A DNA stretch of 64,000 nucleotides from Burkholderiaceae bacterium (GTDB lineage: Bacteria; Pseudomonadota; Gammaproteobacteria; Burkholderiales; Burkholderiaceae_C): the NCBI GenBank assembly GCA_046348065.1, contig JAXMFA010000013.1, positions 27,407-91,406 on the forward strand, given 5' to 3'. The translations under genes and the position numbers were made by a program. The notes under the pieces were generated by a model that searched no databases, was not told the DNA's origin, and saw nothing but the letters and a program-made list of their open reading frames with translations. Shown piece after piece: positions 27,901-37,009 of this stretch (positions are counted from its first letter, which is position 1; every line of letters starts with the position of its first letter).

Positions 27901-30246
27901 TCAGGGCCGCGGGATCCGCAGCACCTCGCCCACACGCGCTTTTTCGACGTCTTCGGGGTGGAAGGGCAGCGCCGGCCATTGCTTGCGCGAGAACAGCCAG
28001 AGCTGGTCGGTGGCGTGGGGCGAGGCCGGGTTGGTGGACTGGCCGTAGGTCAGGATGCCTTGGGCCACCGGGCCGCGCGCGTCGAAGGTGACGGTCTGCA
28101 CATAGCTGGTGCCGTAGTCGATCAGCAGGCCCTTGGGCGTGATGCCCGGTGCGAACTGGTTGCCCAGGTTGTTCAGCACGCCTTCGAACTCGTCACCGCC
28201 ATGCAGCGGGATGGGCTCGGTCGTGATCAGCGGGCGCTGCACGCTGCCCAGCGTGGCGTCGAGCGCGAAGCCCGCGGTGCGCACGGCCTTGACGGCCGTG
28301 GTGAGCGACTCCCAGACCTTGGCGGCGACTGCCGCGTCGTCCATCTTCAGGCCGGCCGGGGTGGCCACGGGCTGGGCCGGATCGAAGGGCACGCGGTACA
28401 CGCCCGGGATGGTGCGGGCGGTGCGCCAGAACTCGCGGAACAGGTGGGCGCCGCGCGAATCGAGGTTGTTGCTGCGGTCCCAGCCGCGCAGGGCGGCGCA
28501 GCCGTCGCGGGCCTCCTGGGCGGCGGGCGGGTTGGCGGCGCAGGCGGCCAGCAGGTCGGGCACGATCACGTGGCCCATGAAGTTGCGGTTGCCAAACAAC
28601 TGGCCCTGCACCGCCGACGGCGTGACCTTGCCACGCGAGAGCAGTTCCGGAATCTCGAACAGATCGGCTCGGGTGCGGGGGCGTGAGACGCTGGCGTCGC
28701 CCACCAGCGGCGAGATGCCGCTCCATTTCTGCGCGGGCTGGGTGTAGAGGTAGCTGTCGTTGGCGTTGTGCACCCAGTCGGTGCGGATGGTGGTGGGCAT
28801 GCGGCCGATGGGGATCAGGCCCGGCACGGGCGAGGCCGGGTCGCGCTGCCAGTCGCAGGCACTCCTGGATCCGTCGAGCACCACCAGGCCGGCGGCGCCC
28901 AGCAGGGCGGCGGCGGGCTTGCTGGGGGCGCAGCGCTGCAACTGCGCAGCATCCACGTCCGGCACAACGGAGACGTCGGCATACAACACCTGCCCTTGTC
29001 GGTCCACTGCCACGGTGTTGACCCAGGGCGTGCCGATGTTCTTCATCGCTTCGCGCACCTCCTGCACGTTGCGGGCGCGGGCAAAGCCCATCGATGCATC
29101 GCCGGCGCGCACGTTGCCGAGGTTGGCGTCCTTGAGCGCGTAGGCGGTCTTGGCGGTCCAGTTGAGGCCGGCACGCGGAATCACCACCACCGGGCCCCAG
29201 CGCGTGGACCACAGCGTGGCCGACTTGTTCTGCTGGCTGCCGTCGGCGGCGCGCACCGGCACGCTGACGGTGCGCGATGTCATCTTCTCGGGCTTGCCGT
29301 CGATCAGGTAGGCGGTGGGGTCGCCTTCGACCAGCGTGAGCTCGTGCAGCGTGAAGCGTTTGCCGGTGGAGACGGTGTGCGACCAGGCCACGTCCTTGTT
29401 GAAGCCGATGGTCACGCCGGGGAAGCTGCCGATGCCCACGCCCATCACGTCGAGGTTGCCCGGGATGGTCAGGTGTACCTGCCAGAAGCGGTTGACGCCG
29501 GCCCACGGGAAGTGCGGGTTGCCCAGCAGCAGGCCGCTGCCGTTGACGGTGGTTTCCTTGCCGAAGGCCCAGGCGTTGGAGCCCAGCGGCGAGTCGAGCA
29601 GACCCGCCTCGCGCATGGCGTTGGCGGCGTCGGCCAGCTTCACGGGCGCAACTGGCGCCGTGGACGACTTGGCGGCGGGTGGCCGGGCGCCCAGCACCGC
29701 GTCCGCCAGCGCGGCGGTGGCGGCCTGCACCGCGGTGAGCTCGGTCTGGCGGCGGAACTCGGCCAGCGTCATGGGCTTGACCCAGGGCTGGTTGGCGCAG
29801 GCCGCGGGCTGCTTGCCGGCGGCGTCGCTCAGGTAGCGGTTGTAGCCGGCCACCGCGCCGCGCGCCATGGCCTGGGTTTCGGCGCTGGCGCCGGCCCAGG
29901 CGCGGGCGAGGGCGGCGTCGTCCATGTGCGCGGCGATGAACAGGTCGATCTGCTCGTTGGGAAACATGCGCCGCGCCAGCAGCCCCGGCGTGGCGGCGCC
30001 GAAATAACGCGCGCGCTCGCCGCGCACCGTGACCAGCTGGTCGGCGGTCATGCAGACGTTGTCCTGGGCATACGCGTAGGCCATGCCGAAGGCCAGGGTT
30101 TCGGGATCGGGCGCGGTGATGTGGGCCACGCCGTTGGCGGTGCGCTGGATGCTGGCGGTGCGGGCGTCGGGGCCACCGACGGTGGCACAGGCGCTGAGCA
30201 GGGCGGCGGCGGCAAGGGGTGCCAGCGTGGCGGTGAAAGTCTTCAT
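27901..30246 (-). CDS. penicillin acylase family Ntn-hydrolase, AHL-acylase (PvdQ/AiiD)-like, lipoprotein-type signal
   Basis: ATG at 30246 (MKTFTATLAPLAAAALLSAC) with GGAGA RBS. Predicted nucleophile junction GSNAWAFG. About 780 aa, typical size. Confidence 0.85.
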   Translation of the reverse strand: MKTFTATLAPLAAAALLSACATVGGPDARTASIQRTANGVAHITAPDPETLAFGMAYAYAQDNVCMTADQLVTVRGERARYFGAATPGLLARRMFPNEQIDLFIAAHMDDAALARAWAGASAETQAMARGAVAGYNRYLSDAAGKQPAACANQPWVKPMTLAEFRRQTELTAVQAATAALADAVLGARPPAAKSSTAPVAPVKLADAANAMREAGLLDSPLGSNAWAFGKETTVNGSGLLLGNPHFPWAGVNRFWQVHLTIPGNLDVMGVGIGSFPGVTIGFNKDVAWSHTVSTGKRFTLHELTLVEGDPTAYLIDGKPEKMTSRTVSVPVRAADGSQQNKSATLWSTRWGPVVVIPRAGLNWTAKTAYALKDANLGNVRAGDASMGFARARNVQEVREAMKNIGTPWVNTVAVDRQGQVLYADVSVVPDVDAAQLQRCAPSKPAAALLGAAGLVVLDGSRSACDWQRDPASPVPGLIPIGRMPTTIRTDWVHNANDSYLYTQPAQKWSGISPLVGDASVSRPRTRADLFEIPELLSRGKVTPSAVQGQLFGNRNFMGHVIVPDLLAACAANPPAAQEARDGCAALRGWDRSNNLDSRGAHLFREFWRTARTIPGVYRVPFDPAQPVATPAGLKMDDAAVAAKVWESLTTAVKAVRTAGFALDATLGSVQRPLITTEPIPLHGGDEFEGVLNNLGNQFAPGITPKGLLIDYGTSYVQTVTFDARGPVAQGILTYGQSTNPASPHATDQLWLFSRKQWPALPFHPEDVEKARVGEVLRIPRP

Positions 30247-30394
30247 GAATGTCTCCGTGGTTGGCAATTTCAGTCAGCCACTGTAACGCCGGATGGGGCC
30301 GGCATTTCTTTTCCGACTGTTGGAAATGACCGACACCACGGTGGTTTTTCCGGTGCTACCGTCGCGCACTTTCCACGAAATTCACGCCCTCACC

Positions 30395-31771
30395 ATGCCC
30401 AAGACCCTGATCGAACCCTTCCGCATCAAGAGCATCGAACCCATCCGCATGACCAGCCGCGCCGAGCGTGAGCAGTTGCTGCAGGACGCGCACCTCAACG
30501 TCTTCAAGCTGCGCGCCGAGGACGTGCTGATCGACTGGCTCACCGACTCCGGCACCGGCGCCATGTCCAGCCGCCAGTGGGGCGCCATCATGGAAGGCGA
30601 CGAAAGCTACGCCGGGGCCCGCAGCTTCTACCGGCTGCAGGCCGTCGTGCAGCGCGTGACCGGCATGCAGCATTTCGTGCCCACCCACCAGGGCCGCGCG
30701 GCCGAGAAGGTGCTGTTCACCGCCGTCTGCAAGAAGGGCGACGTGGTGCCCAACAACTGCCACTTTGACACCACGCGCGCCAACCTCGAATACCTCGGCG
30801 TCGACGCCCGCGACCTGGTCATCGCCGAGGGCTTGCAGCCGGCGTTGGTCCATCCGTTCAAGGGCAACATCGACCTGGAGCGGGTGGAGGCGCTGCTGAA
30901 GGAGCACGGCGAGCGCATCCCCTTCGGCATGATCACCGTGACCAACAACACCGGCGGCGGCCAGCCGGTGTCGATGGCCAACATCCGCGCCTACGCGGCG
31001 CTGCTCAAGCGCCACGGCAAGCCCTTCATCATGGACGTGTGCCGCTTCTCGGAAAACGCCATGTTCATCAAGATGCGCGAGCCGGGCTACGAGAACACGC
31101 CGATCCGCGACATCGTGAAAGAAATGTTCAGCTACGCCGACGGCGCGACCATGAGCGCCAAGAAGGACGGCATGGTCAACATCGGTGGCTTCATCGTGCT
31201 GCGGGGCGAGCAGTGGATGGACGCGGTACGCAACGTGCTGATCCTCACCGAGGGCTTTCCCACCTACGGCGGCCTGGCCGGGCGCGACCTCGACGCGCTG
31301 GCGGTGGGGCTCGAAGAGGGCATGGACGAGGACTACCTGCGCTACCGCTTGCGCACCGCCGAATACCTGGGCGAGCGGCTCGAGGCGGCCGGCGTGGGCT
31401 TCGTGCGGCCCACGGGCGGCCACGCGGTGTACCTGGACGCGCGCACGGTGCTGCCCGACATGCCGGTGGCGCACTACCCGGCGTGGGCGCTGTGCAACGC
31501 GTTGTACCTGGAGGGCGGCATCCGCGGCGTCGAGATCGGCTCGGTGATGTTCGGCAAGCGCCTGCACGACGGCACCGAGACCTACCACAGCATGGAGCTG
31601 GTGCGCCTGGCGTTTCCGCGGCGCATGTACACGCAGAGCCACTTCGATTACGCGGCCGAGGTGATCGAGGAGGTCAAGCAGAAGGCCGCCCACATCCGCG
31701 GCGTGCGCATCACGAAGCAGCCGCCCTTCCTGCGGCACTTCACCTGCGAGTGCGCCTGGGTGGACGGCTGA
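30395..31771 (+). CDS. beta-eliminating lyase (tyrosine phenol-lyase / tryptophanase family)
   Basis: MPKTLIEPFRIKSIEP..., LTDSGTGAMS, GGQPVSMANIRA and SYADGATMSAKKDGMVNIGGF (PLP lysine region) closely follow recalled TPL/TnaA sequences. Confidence 0.88.
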   Translation: MPKTLIEPFRIKSIEPIRMTSRAEREQLLQDAHLNVFKLRAEDVLIDWLTDSGTGAMSSRQWGAIMEGDESYAGARSFYRLQAVVQRVTGMQHFVPTHQGRAAEKVLFTAVCKKGDVVPNNCHFDTTRANLEYLGVDARDLVIAEGLQPALVHPFKGNIDLERVEALLKEHGERIPFGMITVTNNTGGGQPVSMANIRAYAALLKRHGKPFIMDVCRFSENAMFIKMREPGYENTPIRDIVKEMFSYADGATMSAKKDGMVNIGGFIVLRGEQWMDAVRNVLILTEGFPTYGGLAGRDLDALAVGLEEGMDEDYLRYRLRTAEYLGERLEAAGVGFVRPTGGHAVYLDARTVLPDMPVAHYPAWALCNALYLEGGIRGVEIGSVMFGKRLHDGTETYHSMELVRLAFPRRMYTQSHFDYAAEVIEEVKQKAAHIRGVRITKQPPFLRHFTCECAWVDG

Positions 31772-31878
31772 TACGGATTCGCCTTCAAACGTATAACTTC
31801 GTTGCTTCGCCTCGCCGTGCTACAGCACTGTCTTCGGCTTCGCGCCTTGTTCTACGCTTGAATGCAAACCCGTATGAG
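31770..31878 (+). repeat. R109 element copy 2 of 4
   Basis: Identical to copy 1 over the positions compared by eye. Overlaps the lyase TGA stop (31769-31771). Fills the convergent intergenic gap. Confidence 0.9.
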
Positions 31879-31889
31879 GGTGGCGCGGT

Positions 31890-33512
31890 TCATTTTGGCG
31901 CGTTGAGCCGTTTCACCCCGGCCACGAAGCGTGCCAGCGTGTCGGACAGCACGCCGGCGGGGATGGTGATGTCGATCAGCTGGAAGCGCCCGCGCGTGCC
32001 CATGGCGCGGTCGAGCGCGGCTTTCAGCTCCGCGCGCGTGTTCACTCGCACGCCGTCGCCGCCCAGGCCGGCGGCCATCTCGGCAAAGCCCCAGTGGCCC
32101 AGGTCGTTGAAACCGGATTCGGGCTGGAAGGTGCGCAGCATCTCCCAGCTCGCGTTGTTGAACACCAGCACGATCGGGTCCCAGCCGTAGCGTCGGCAGT
32201 TGCCCAGCTCCCAGCCGGTCATCTGGAAGGCGCCGTCGCCCACCAGGATCAGTGGGCGCTCCCCGGTGGCGGCCTGCAGGCCCAGACCGGCCGGCACGCC
32301 GAAACCCATGGTGGCGTAGTAGCCTGGCGCCACCAGCGCGGTGTGCCGGATCTCCATCGCGGTGAACAGGCAGTCGCCCATGTCGCTGGCCATCGGCATC
32401 TTGCCGTGCGCGGCCATCAGGTCGTTGACCGCGGTGGCGATGTCGGTCGGCGCGATGGGGGCGTCATCGGCCACCAATGCGTGCGGGAAGGCCGGCGGCT
32501 GCACCGCCAGCGGCTTTTCATCGGGACCCAGGCAGGCCAGCATGCGCTCGACGATGGCGGCCAGCGGCAGGTTCGAGTAGGTGTGGTAGCCGATGGTGAC
32601 GCGGCCGTCCAGCGCCTGGATCGTCTTGCGCATGTCGATCTTGGTCTGCGAGACGGCGAAGTTGGTGTCGCAGATGATCTCGCCGAGCAGGAACAGGCCG
32701 TCCGAACCCTCCACCAGCTCCGTGACCTCGGGAACGCCGGCCACGCCCATGTAGGTGCCCAGCAGCGGCACGTCCTGGTCGGCCAGCAGGCCGCGGCCCA
32801 TGAAGCTGGTGACCACCGGCACGCCCAGGCGGCGCGCCAGCTGGGCCACCTGCACCTCCAGCCCGTAGCGGCGCACCTCGACCCCGGCCATCAGCACCGG
32901 CGAGCGGGCGTGGGCCAGGCGCGCGAGGATCTCGTCCACGCAGGCGGCCAGCGCATCGGGATCCACCGGTTGCGGCGCCTGGGGCACGACCGGCGCGCAG
33001 GGCTCGTTCACCATGTCGCGCGGAATCTCGATGTAGACCGGCTCCGAGCGGCGCAGGCAGCTGGCCAGCACCCGGGCGATGTCGGCCGGCGCGCGTGCGG
33101 CGTCGTCCAGCCGCACCTGGTCGCAGGTGATCTCCTTGAAGATCTGGAACTGTGAATCGAGCGTCTTGGCCTGGTGGTGCAGCAGCAGCCCCGAGCGCGA
33201 TTCGCCCTGGCCGGGCCCGCCCGAGAGCACCACCAGCGGCGACTTTTCGGCAAAGGCCGCCGCGATCGAATTGATCATGTTCAGTGCGCCGGCGCCATAG
33301 GTGACGGCCGCCACGCCGAGGCTGCCATTGATGCGCGCCGAGGCGTCGGCCGCGAAGCCCACGCCCGGCTCGTGCGACAGCGTGTACAGCGGCAGGATCT
33401 TGGAGTCTTCGATGATGCGGAAGTAGGGCAGGGCGAAGTCGCCGGGGATGCCGAAGATCTGGCGCGCGCCATGGTCCTTGAGCGCGTGCAGCAGGGATTC
33501 GATGAGGTTCAT
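31890..33512 (-). CDS. thiamine-diphosphate-dependent alpha-keto acid decarboxylase (indolepyruvate/phenylpyruvate decarboxylase family)
   Basis: ATG at 33512 (MNLIESLLHALKDHGARQIFGIPGDF). TPP-binding GDGAFQMT...N motif. Confidence 0.85.
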   Translation of the reverse strand: MNLIESLLHALKDHGARQIFGIPGDFALPYFRIIEDSKILPLYTLSHEPGVGFAADASARINGSLGVAAVTYGAGALNMINSIAAAFAEKSPLVVLSGGPGQGESRSGLLLHHQAKTLDSQFQIFKEITCDQVRLDDAARAPADIARVLASCLRRSEPVYIEIPRDMVNEPCAPVVPQAPQPVDPDALAACVDEILARLAHARSPVLMAGVEVRRYGLEVQVAQLARRLGVPVVTSFMGRGLLADQDVPLLGTYMGVAGVPEVTELVEGSDGLFLLGEIICDTNFAVSQTKIDMRKTIQALDGRVTIGYHTYSNLPLAAIVERMLACLGPDEKPLAVQPPAFPHALVADDAPIAPTDIATAVNDLMAAHGKMPMASDMGDCLFTAMEIRHTALVAPGYYATMGFGVPAGLGLQAATGERPLILVGDGAFQMTGWELGNCRRYGWDPIVLVFNNASWEMLRTFQPESGFNDLGHWGFAEMAAGLGGDGVRVNTRAELKAALDRAMGTRGRFQLIDITIPAGVLSDTLARFVAGVKRLNAPK

Positions 33513-33702
33513 GCGGTGGGACTCCGGATGGTCAGGCAATCCGGGCATTGTGATGCGTCATGGACGCAGGATGCGATCGTTTGTTGGCTCGACCAATGCA
33601 TCTGGCGCAGGATTCCTGCATCGCCGGCCTGAGATCCGGTAGCCGGACGCTTGCCCGAACCTGTGTTGGTGCCGCCGAGGCCTCCAGCACGAGGACACGG
33701 TT

Positions 33703-33770
33703 CGCTTTTTTTTGGAAGAAACAGGCTTGAACCAGCGCCAATCGGCCACGAGACGCTCCCAAAACAGGAG
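33703..33770 (+). repeat. R65 dispersed intergenic element, copy g (diverged)
   Basis: cgctttttttttggaagaaacaggcttgaaccagcgccaatcggccacgagacgctcccaaaacaggag. Confidence 0.5.
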
Positions 33771-33791
33771 TATCCGGTGCGGCCTCAAGGG

Positions 33792-35207
33792 TCAGGCCGG
33801 CGCCTTCACGAACGCGAAGAACTCCCGGTCTGCGCCGAGCATGTGGCGCGCGACCAGTTCATAGACCAGAAACTGGAACAGCTCGCCCACCGACACCGTG
33901 CCGGCCTGGTAGCGGTTGGTCACGTCAGCGGCCTTGTCCAGCAGGGTGCGGTGGATGGTGGCGTGTTCGCGGGCGCCGGGAAAACCCGCCTCGGCGATCA
34001 GCGCTTCCTCGTCCTCGAAGTGCCGGACCACGTGGTCGACCAGGGCGTCGATCAGCGCGGTCACCTCGTCGGCCGGACGCTGCTCCAGGGCGGCCACCAG
34101 CAGCCGGTTGGCGTCGTCGAACAGGCCGCGGTGTTGGGCGTCGATCACCGGCTGGCCGCATTCGTAGGCCGCCCGCCACGACAGTTGCATGAAGCCGGCG
34201 CCCACGCGTTCACCCAGGGCGTCGCGCGGCGACGGCTCCACGGCTGCCTCGACCCGGTTGCGGCCGTTGAGTCGCGCCTTGAACAGGGCGCCGTCGGTGC
34301 GCTGGATCCAGTGCTCGCGGGTTTCGTCGGGGCCGCATTCGGCCACCCCGATGCTCAGCGTCAGGCGGTGCGAGCCGGTGAAACGGGCCGCCGCCACGCG
34401 TTCGCGCAACTGCCCGGCCAGCACGCCGGCGGTGGCCTGCGTGGTGTTCGCGCACAGCACCGCGAACTGGTCGTCGCTCCAGCGCGCCAGCGAATCGGTC
34501 GGCCGCAGGCTGGCTTGCAGCACCGTGGCCACCTCGACCAGCAGTTCGTCGCCCGCCGTGTTGCCGAGATCGGCGTTGAGCTGCTGGAATCCGTCCAGGC
34601 CGATCAGCAGAAGGCTCAGCGGGTGGTCGTAGCGGTGCAGCCGGTCCATCTCGTTGACCAGGGCCTCGTCGAGCCGCCGGCGGTTCCAGGCGCCGGTGAG
34701 GTGGTCGGTGCGAGCCTCGTGGTCGAGCGAGGTCAGCAGCTGCTGCAGCTCGCGGCTGTTGCGGCGCAGGCGTTCGAGCGACTGCAGCATGCCGTCCACC
34801 GTCTGCTGGCTGGTGGCGGGCAGCAGCACGGTGCCGATCATCAGCAGCGTGCCGTCCGGGCCGGGCACCGGGAACTTGATCGACTGGCAGCGCAGCGCCT
34901 GGGTGCCCGCCGTGAGCTCGATCTCGGCGTCAGCGTTCGCCGCGCCACGGGCAATGGCCTGGTCACCGTCGTGCAGCACGGCCGCGGTGGCCGGCGGGAA
35001 CAGCTCGTCGTCGGTCTTGCCGATCAGGGCGCCGGCTGCCTGCCCGGCCAGGGATTCCAGCACCGGGTTGACCAGCCGGTAGCGGCCGTCCAGACCCTTG
35101 AGGCCGATGCCAGCGCCCTCGGCCTGCGGCACCATCATCGCCAGCAGCCCCGACGCCAGGTTGATGTGCTCGCGGGCGATGGCGTGGGTCAGTTCGTTCT
35201 CGTTCAT
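33792..35207 (-). CDS. PAS - degenerate GGDEF (SDDQF) - bacteriohemerythrin domain signalling protein
   Basis: ATG at 35207 (MNENELTH). GGDEF-domain context RPTDSLARWSDDQFAV (RxxD I-site present, GGDEF replaced by SDDQF). C-terminal hemerythrin motifs (IDAQHRGLF, HFEDEE). Confidence 0.8.
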   Translation of the reverse strand: MNENELTHAIAREHINLASGLLAMMVPQAEGAGIGLKGLDGRYRLVNPVLESLAGQAAGALIGKTDDELFPPATAAVLHDGDQAIARGAANADAEIELTAGTQALRCQSIKFPVPGPDGTLLMIGTVLLPATSQQTVDGMLQSLERLRRNSRELQQLLTSLDHEARTDHLTGAWNRRRLDEALVNEMDRLHRYDHPLSLLLIGLDGFQQLNADLGNTAGDELLVEVATVLQASLRPTDSLARWSDDQFAVLCANTTQATAGVLAGQLRERVAAARFTGSHRLTLSIGVAECGPDETREHWIQRTDGALFKARLNGRNRVEAAVEPSPRDALGERVGAGFMQLSWRAAYECGQPVIDAQHRGLFDDANRLLVAALEQRPADEVTALIDALVDHVVRHFEDEEALIAEAGFPGAREHATIHRTLLDKAADVTNRYQAGTVSVGELFQFLVYELVARHMLGADREFFAFVKAPA

Positions 35208-35417
35208 GGCGGTCTCGAAGTCGGTCGTGGTCGGGTGCCGCGCCTGCGGCCAGCCCTGTGACTGTACGCCACCGGCCGGCGCCCGCGCCAGCGTTTGCAG
35301 GCCGCCACGGCGCAACGGCCCTGGGACTTGTGGGTTGAATTCCCAACCGGTGCCGTTGCGACCGGCCGCCACTACACTGCCCGCTCCCCGCCTGTTCGCC
35401 ACCCCAGGAGCCGCACC

Positions 35418-36677
35418 GTGATCGACCAACCCCTGAAGCTGCCGTGCGGCCACACCCTGGCCAACCGCCTGTGCAAGGCGGCCATGACCGAAGGGCTGGC
35501 CGATGCGCACGACCATGCCACGCCCGCGCACCAGCGCCTGTACGCCACCTGGGCGCGCGGCGGTGCGGCGCTGCTGCTGAGCGGCAACATCATGGTGGAC
35601 CGGCGTTACCTCGAGCGCGCCGGCAACGTGGCGCTGGAGGACGGTGCGGACCTGGCATCGTTGCGGGCCTGGGCGCAGGTGGTGCGCGACGGCGGGTCGC
35701 AGCTGTGGGCTCAGATCAGCCATCCCGGCCGTCAGTGCCCGCGCCTGGTCAACGCGACGCCGCTGGCGCCATCGGTGGTGCAGCTGGAGCTGGCAGGCAA
35801 TTTCGGCCGGCCGCGCGCGGCCACCGAAGACGACATCCTCGACATCATCGGGCGCTTTGCCCGCACCGCCGCCTGGGTGCAGGAGGCGGGCATGGACGGT
35901 GTGCAGATCCATTCGGCACACGGCTATCTGCTGTCGCAGTTCCTGTCACCGCGCACCAACCGGCGGCAGGACCGCTGGGGCGGACCGTTGGAGAACCGCG
36001 CCCGGCTGCTGCTGGAGGTGGTGCGCGCGGTGCGCGCGCGGGTGGGGCCCGCGTATCCGGTGTCGGTGAAGCTCAATTCGTCGGATTTCGTGAAGGGCGG
36101 CTTCACGCTCGACGAGAGCCTGCAGGTGGTGCGCTGGCTCAACGACGAAAGTGTCGACCTGCTGGAGGTCTCCGGCGGCACCTACGAGCAGCTTGAATTC
36201 TTCAAGCCCCAGGCGGCGGCCGAACTGCGCGACAGCACCCGCGAGCGCGAGGCGATGTTCCTGCGCTATGCCAAGGCGATCAAGGCCGTGGCGCGCATGC
36301 CCATCATGGTGACCGGCGGCTTCCGCACCTTGGCCGGCATGCAGGCGGCGCTGGCCGGCGGTCACACCGACATGATCGGCCTGGCCCGGCCGTTCTGTCT
36401 GGACCCGGATTTTCCGGCGCGTTTGATGGCCGGCCAGCTGCAGCGGCTGCCGGTGCCGGAAGACCGGCTGGTGCTCGGAACCGGCTGGTGGGGCCCGAAC
36501 AGCCCGTCGGCGGTGGTGCGCGGCCTGAACAACCTGGCGCAGGGCGGCTGGTACGACCACCAGATCGAGCGGCTGGCCGTGGGCGCTGCGCCCGAGCCGG
36601 GCCTGGGCCCCTGGGACACGATGCTGGCGCACTTCGGCAAGGACCTGGGCCGCGCATTGCGGCGCAAGTTCGCCTGA
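35418..36677 (+). CDS. NADH:flavin oxidoreductase (Old Yellow Enzyme / 2,4-dienoyl-CoA reductase N-terminal type)
   Basis: GTG at 35418. LANRLCKAAMTEG, DGVQIHSAHGYLLSQFLSP, RWGGPLENRARL. Confidence 0.85.
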   Translation: MIDQPLKLPCGHTLANRLCKAAMTEGLADAHDHATPAHQRLYATWARGGAALLLSGNIMVDRRYLERAGNVALEDGADLASLRAWAQVVRDGGSQLWAQISHPGRQCPRLVNATPLAPSVVQLELAGNFGRPRAATEDDILDIIGRFARTAAWVQEAGMDGVQIHSAHGYLLSQFLSPRTNRRQDRWGGPLENRARLLLEVVRAVRARVGPAYPVSVKLNSSDFVKGGFTLDESLQVVRWLNDESVDLLEVSGGTYEQLEFFKPQAAAELRDSTREREAMFLRYAKAIKAVARMPIMVTGGFRTLAGMQAALAGGHTDMIGLARPFCLDPDFPARLMAGQLQRLPVPEDRLVLGTGWWGPNSPSAVVRGLNNLAQGGWYDHQIERLAVGAAPEPGLGPWDTMLAHFGKDLGRALRRKFA

Positions 36678-36784
36678 AACGGATTCGCCTTCAAACGTAT
36701 GACTTCGTTGCTTCGCCTCGCCGTGCTGCAGCACTGTCTTCGGCTTTGCGCCTTGTTCTACGCTTGAATGCAAACCCGTATGAA
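36676..36784 (+). repeat. R109 element copy 3 of 4 (variant)
   Basis: gaaacggattcgccttcaaacgtatgac...gtgctgcagcac...cccgtatgaa. A few substitutions relative to copies 1, 2 and 4. Overlaps the OYE TGA stop. Confidence 0.88.
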
Positions 36785-36790
36785 GTGCCG

Positions 36791-37009
36791 TCAGTAATGC
36801 GGCGGGCGCTCGTCGCGCAGGCTGCGGAAAGCGGCCGCGTCGCCCGTGGGCATCTGCTCGCGCAGGCGGCCGATCTCGCGGATCAACGCGTCGATCTGCG
36901 CCTGCTGGCGCACGATGACCTGGTTGAGCTGGTCCATCAGGTCGTCGGCGAAGCTGGCCTTGATCTCCAGCTCGGTCAGGCGCCGGGCGGTGTCGTCGTC
37001 GGGCGTCAC
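36791..37009 (-). CDS. slyX: SlyX family protein
   Basis: GTG at 37009 overlapping the upstream stop (GTGA). RLTELEIKASFADDLMDQLNQVIVRQQAQIDAL coiled coil is typical of SlyX. Confidence 0.7.
   Translation of the reverse strand: MTPDDDTARRLTELEIKASFADDLMDQLNQVIVRQQAQIDALIREIGRLREQMPTGDAAAFRSLRDERPPHY

Noticed and set aside
30293-30394. Possible TnaC-like leader peptide or attenuator upstream of the lyase gene (includes caccacggtggttttt)
   Set aside because: The upstream ATGs are in frame with the lyase ORF and have no intervening stop, so there is no separate leader ORF. The candidate stem would leave a 1-nt loop. The start at 30395 matches known N-termini.
35208-35921. Upstream extension of the hemerythrin-GGDEF ORF to 709 aa
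   Set aside because: The extension is antisense to the OYE gene and is Arg/Gly-rich. The domain-bearing sequence starts at MNENELTH (35207).
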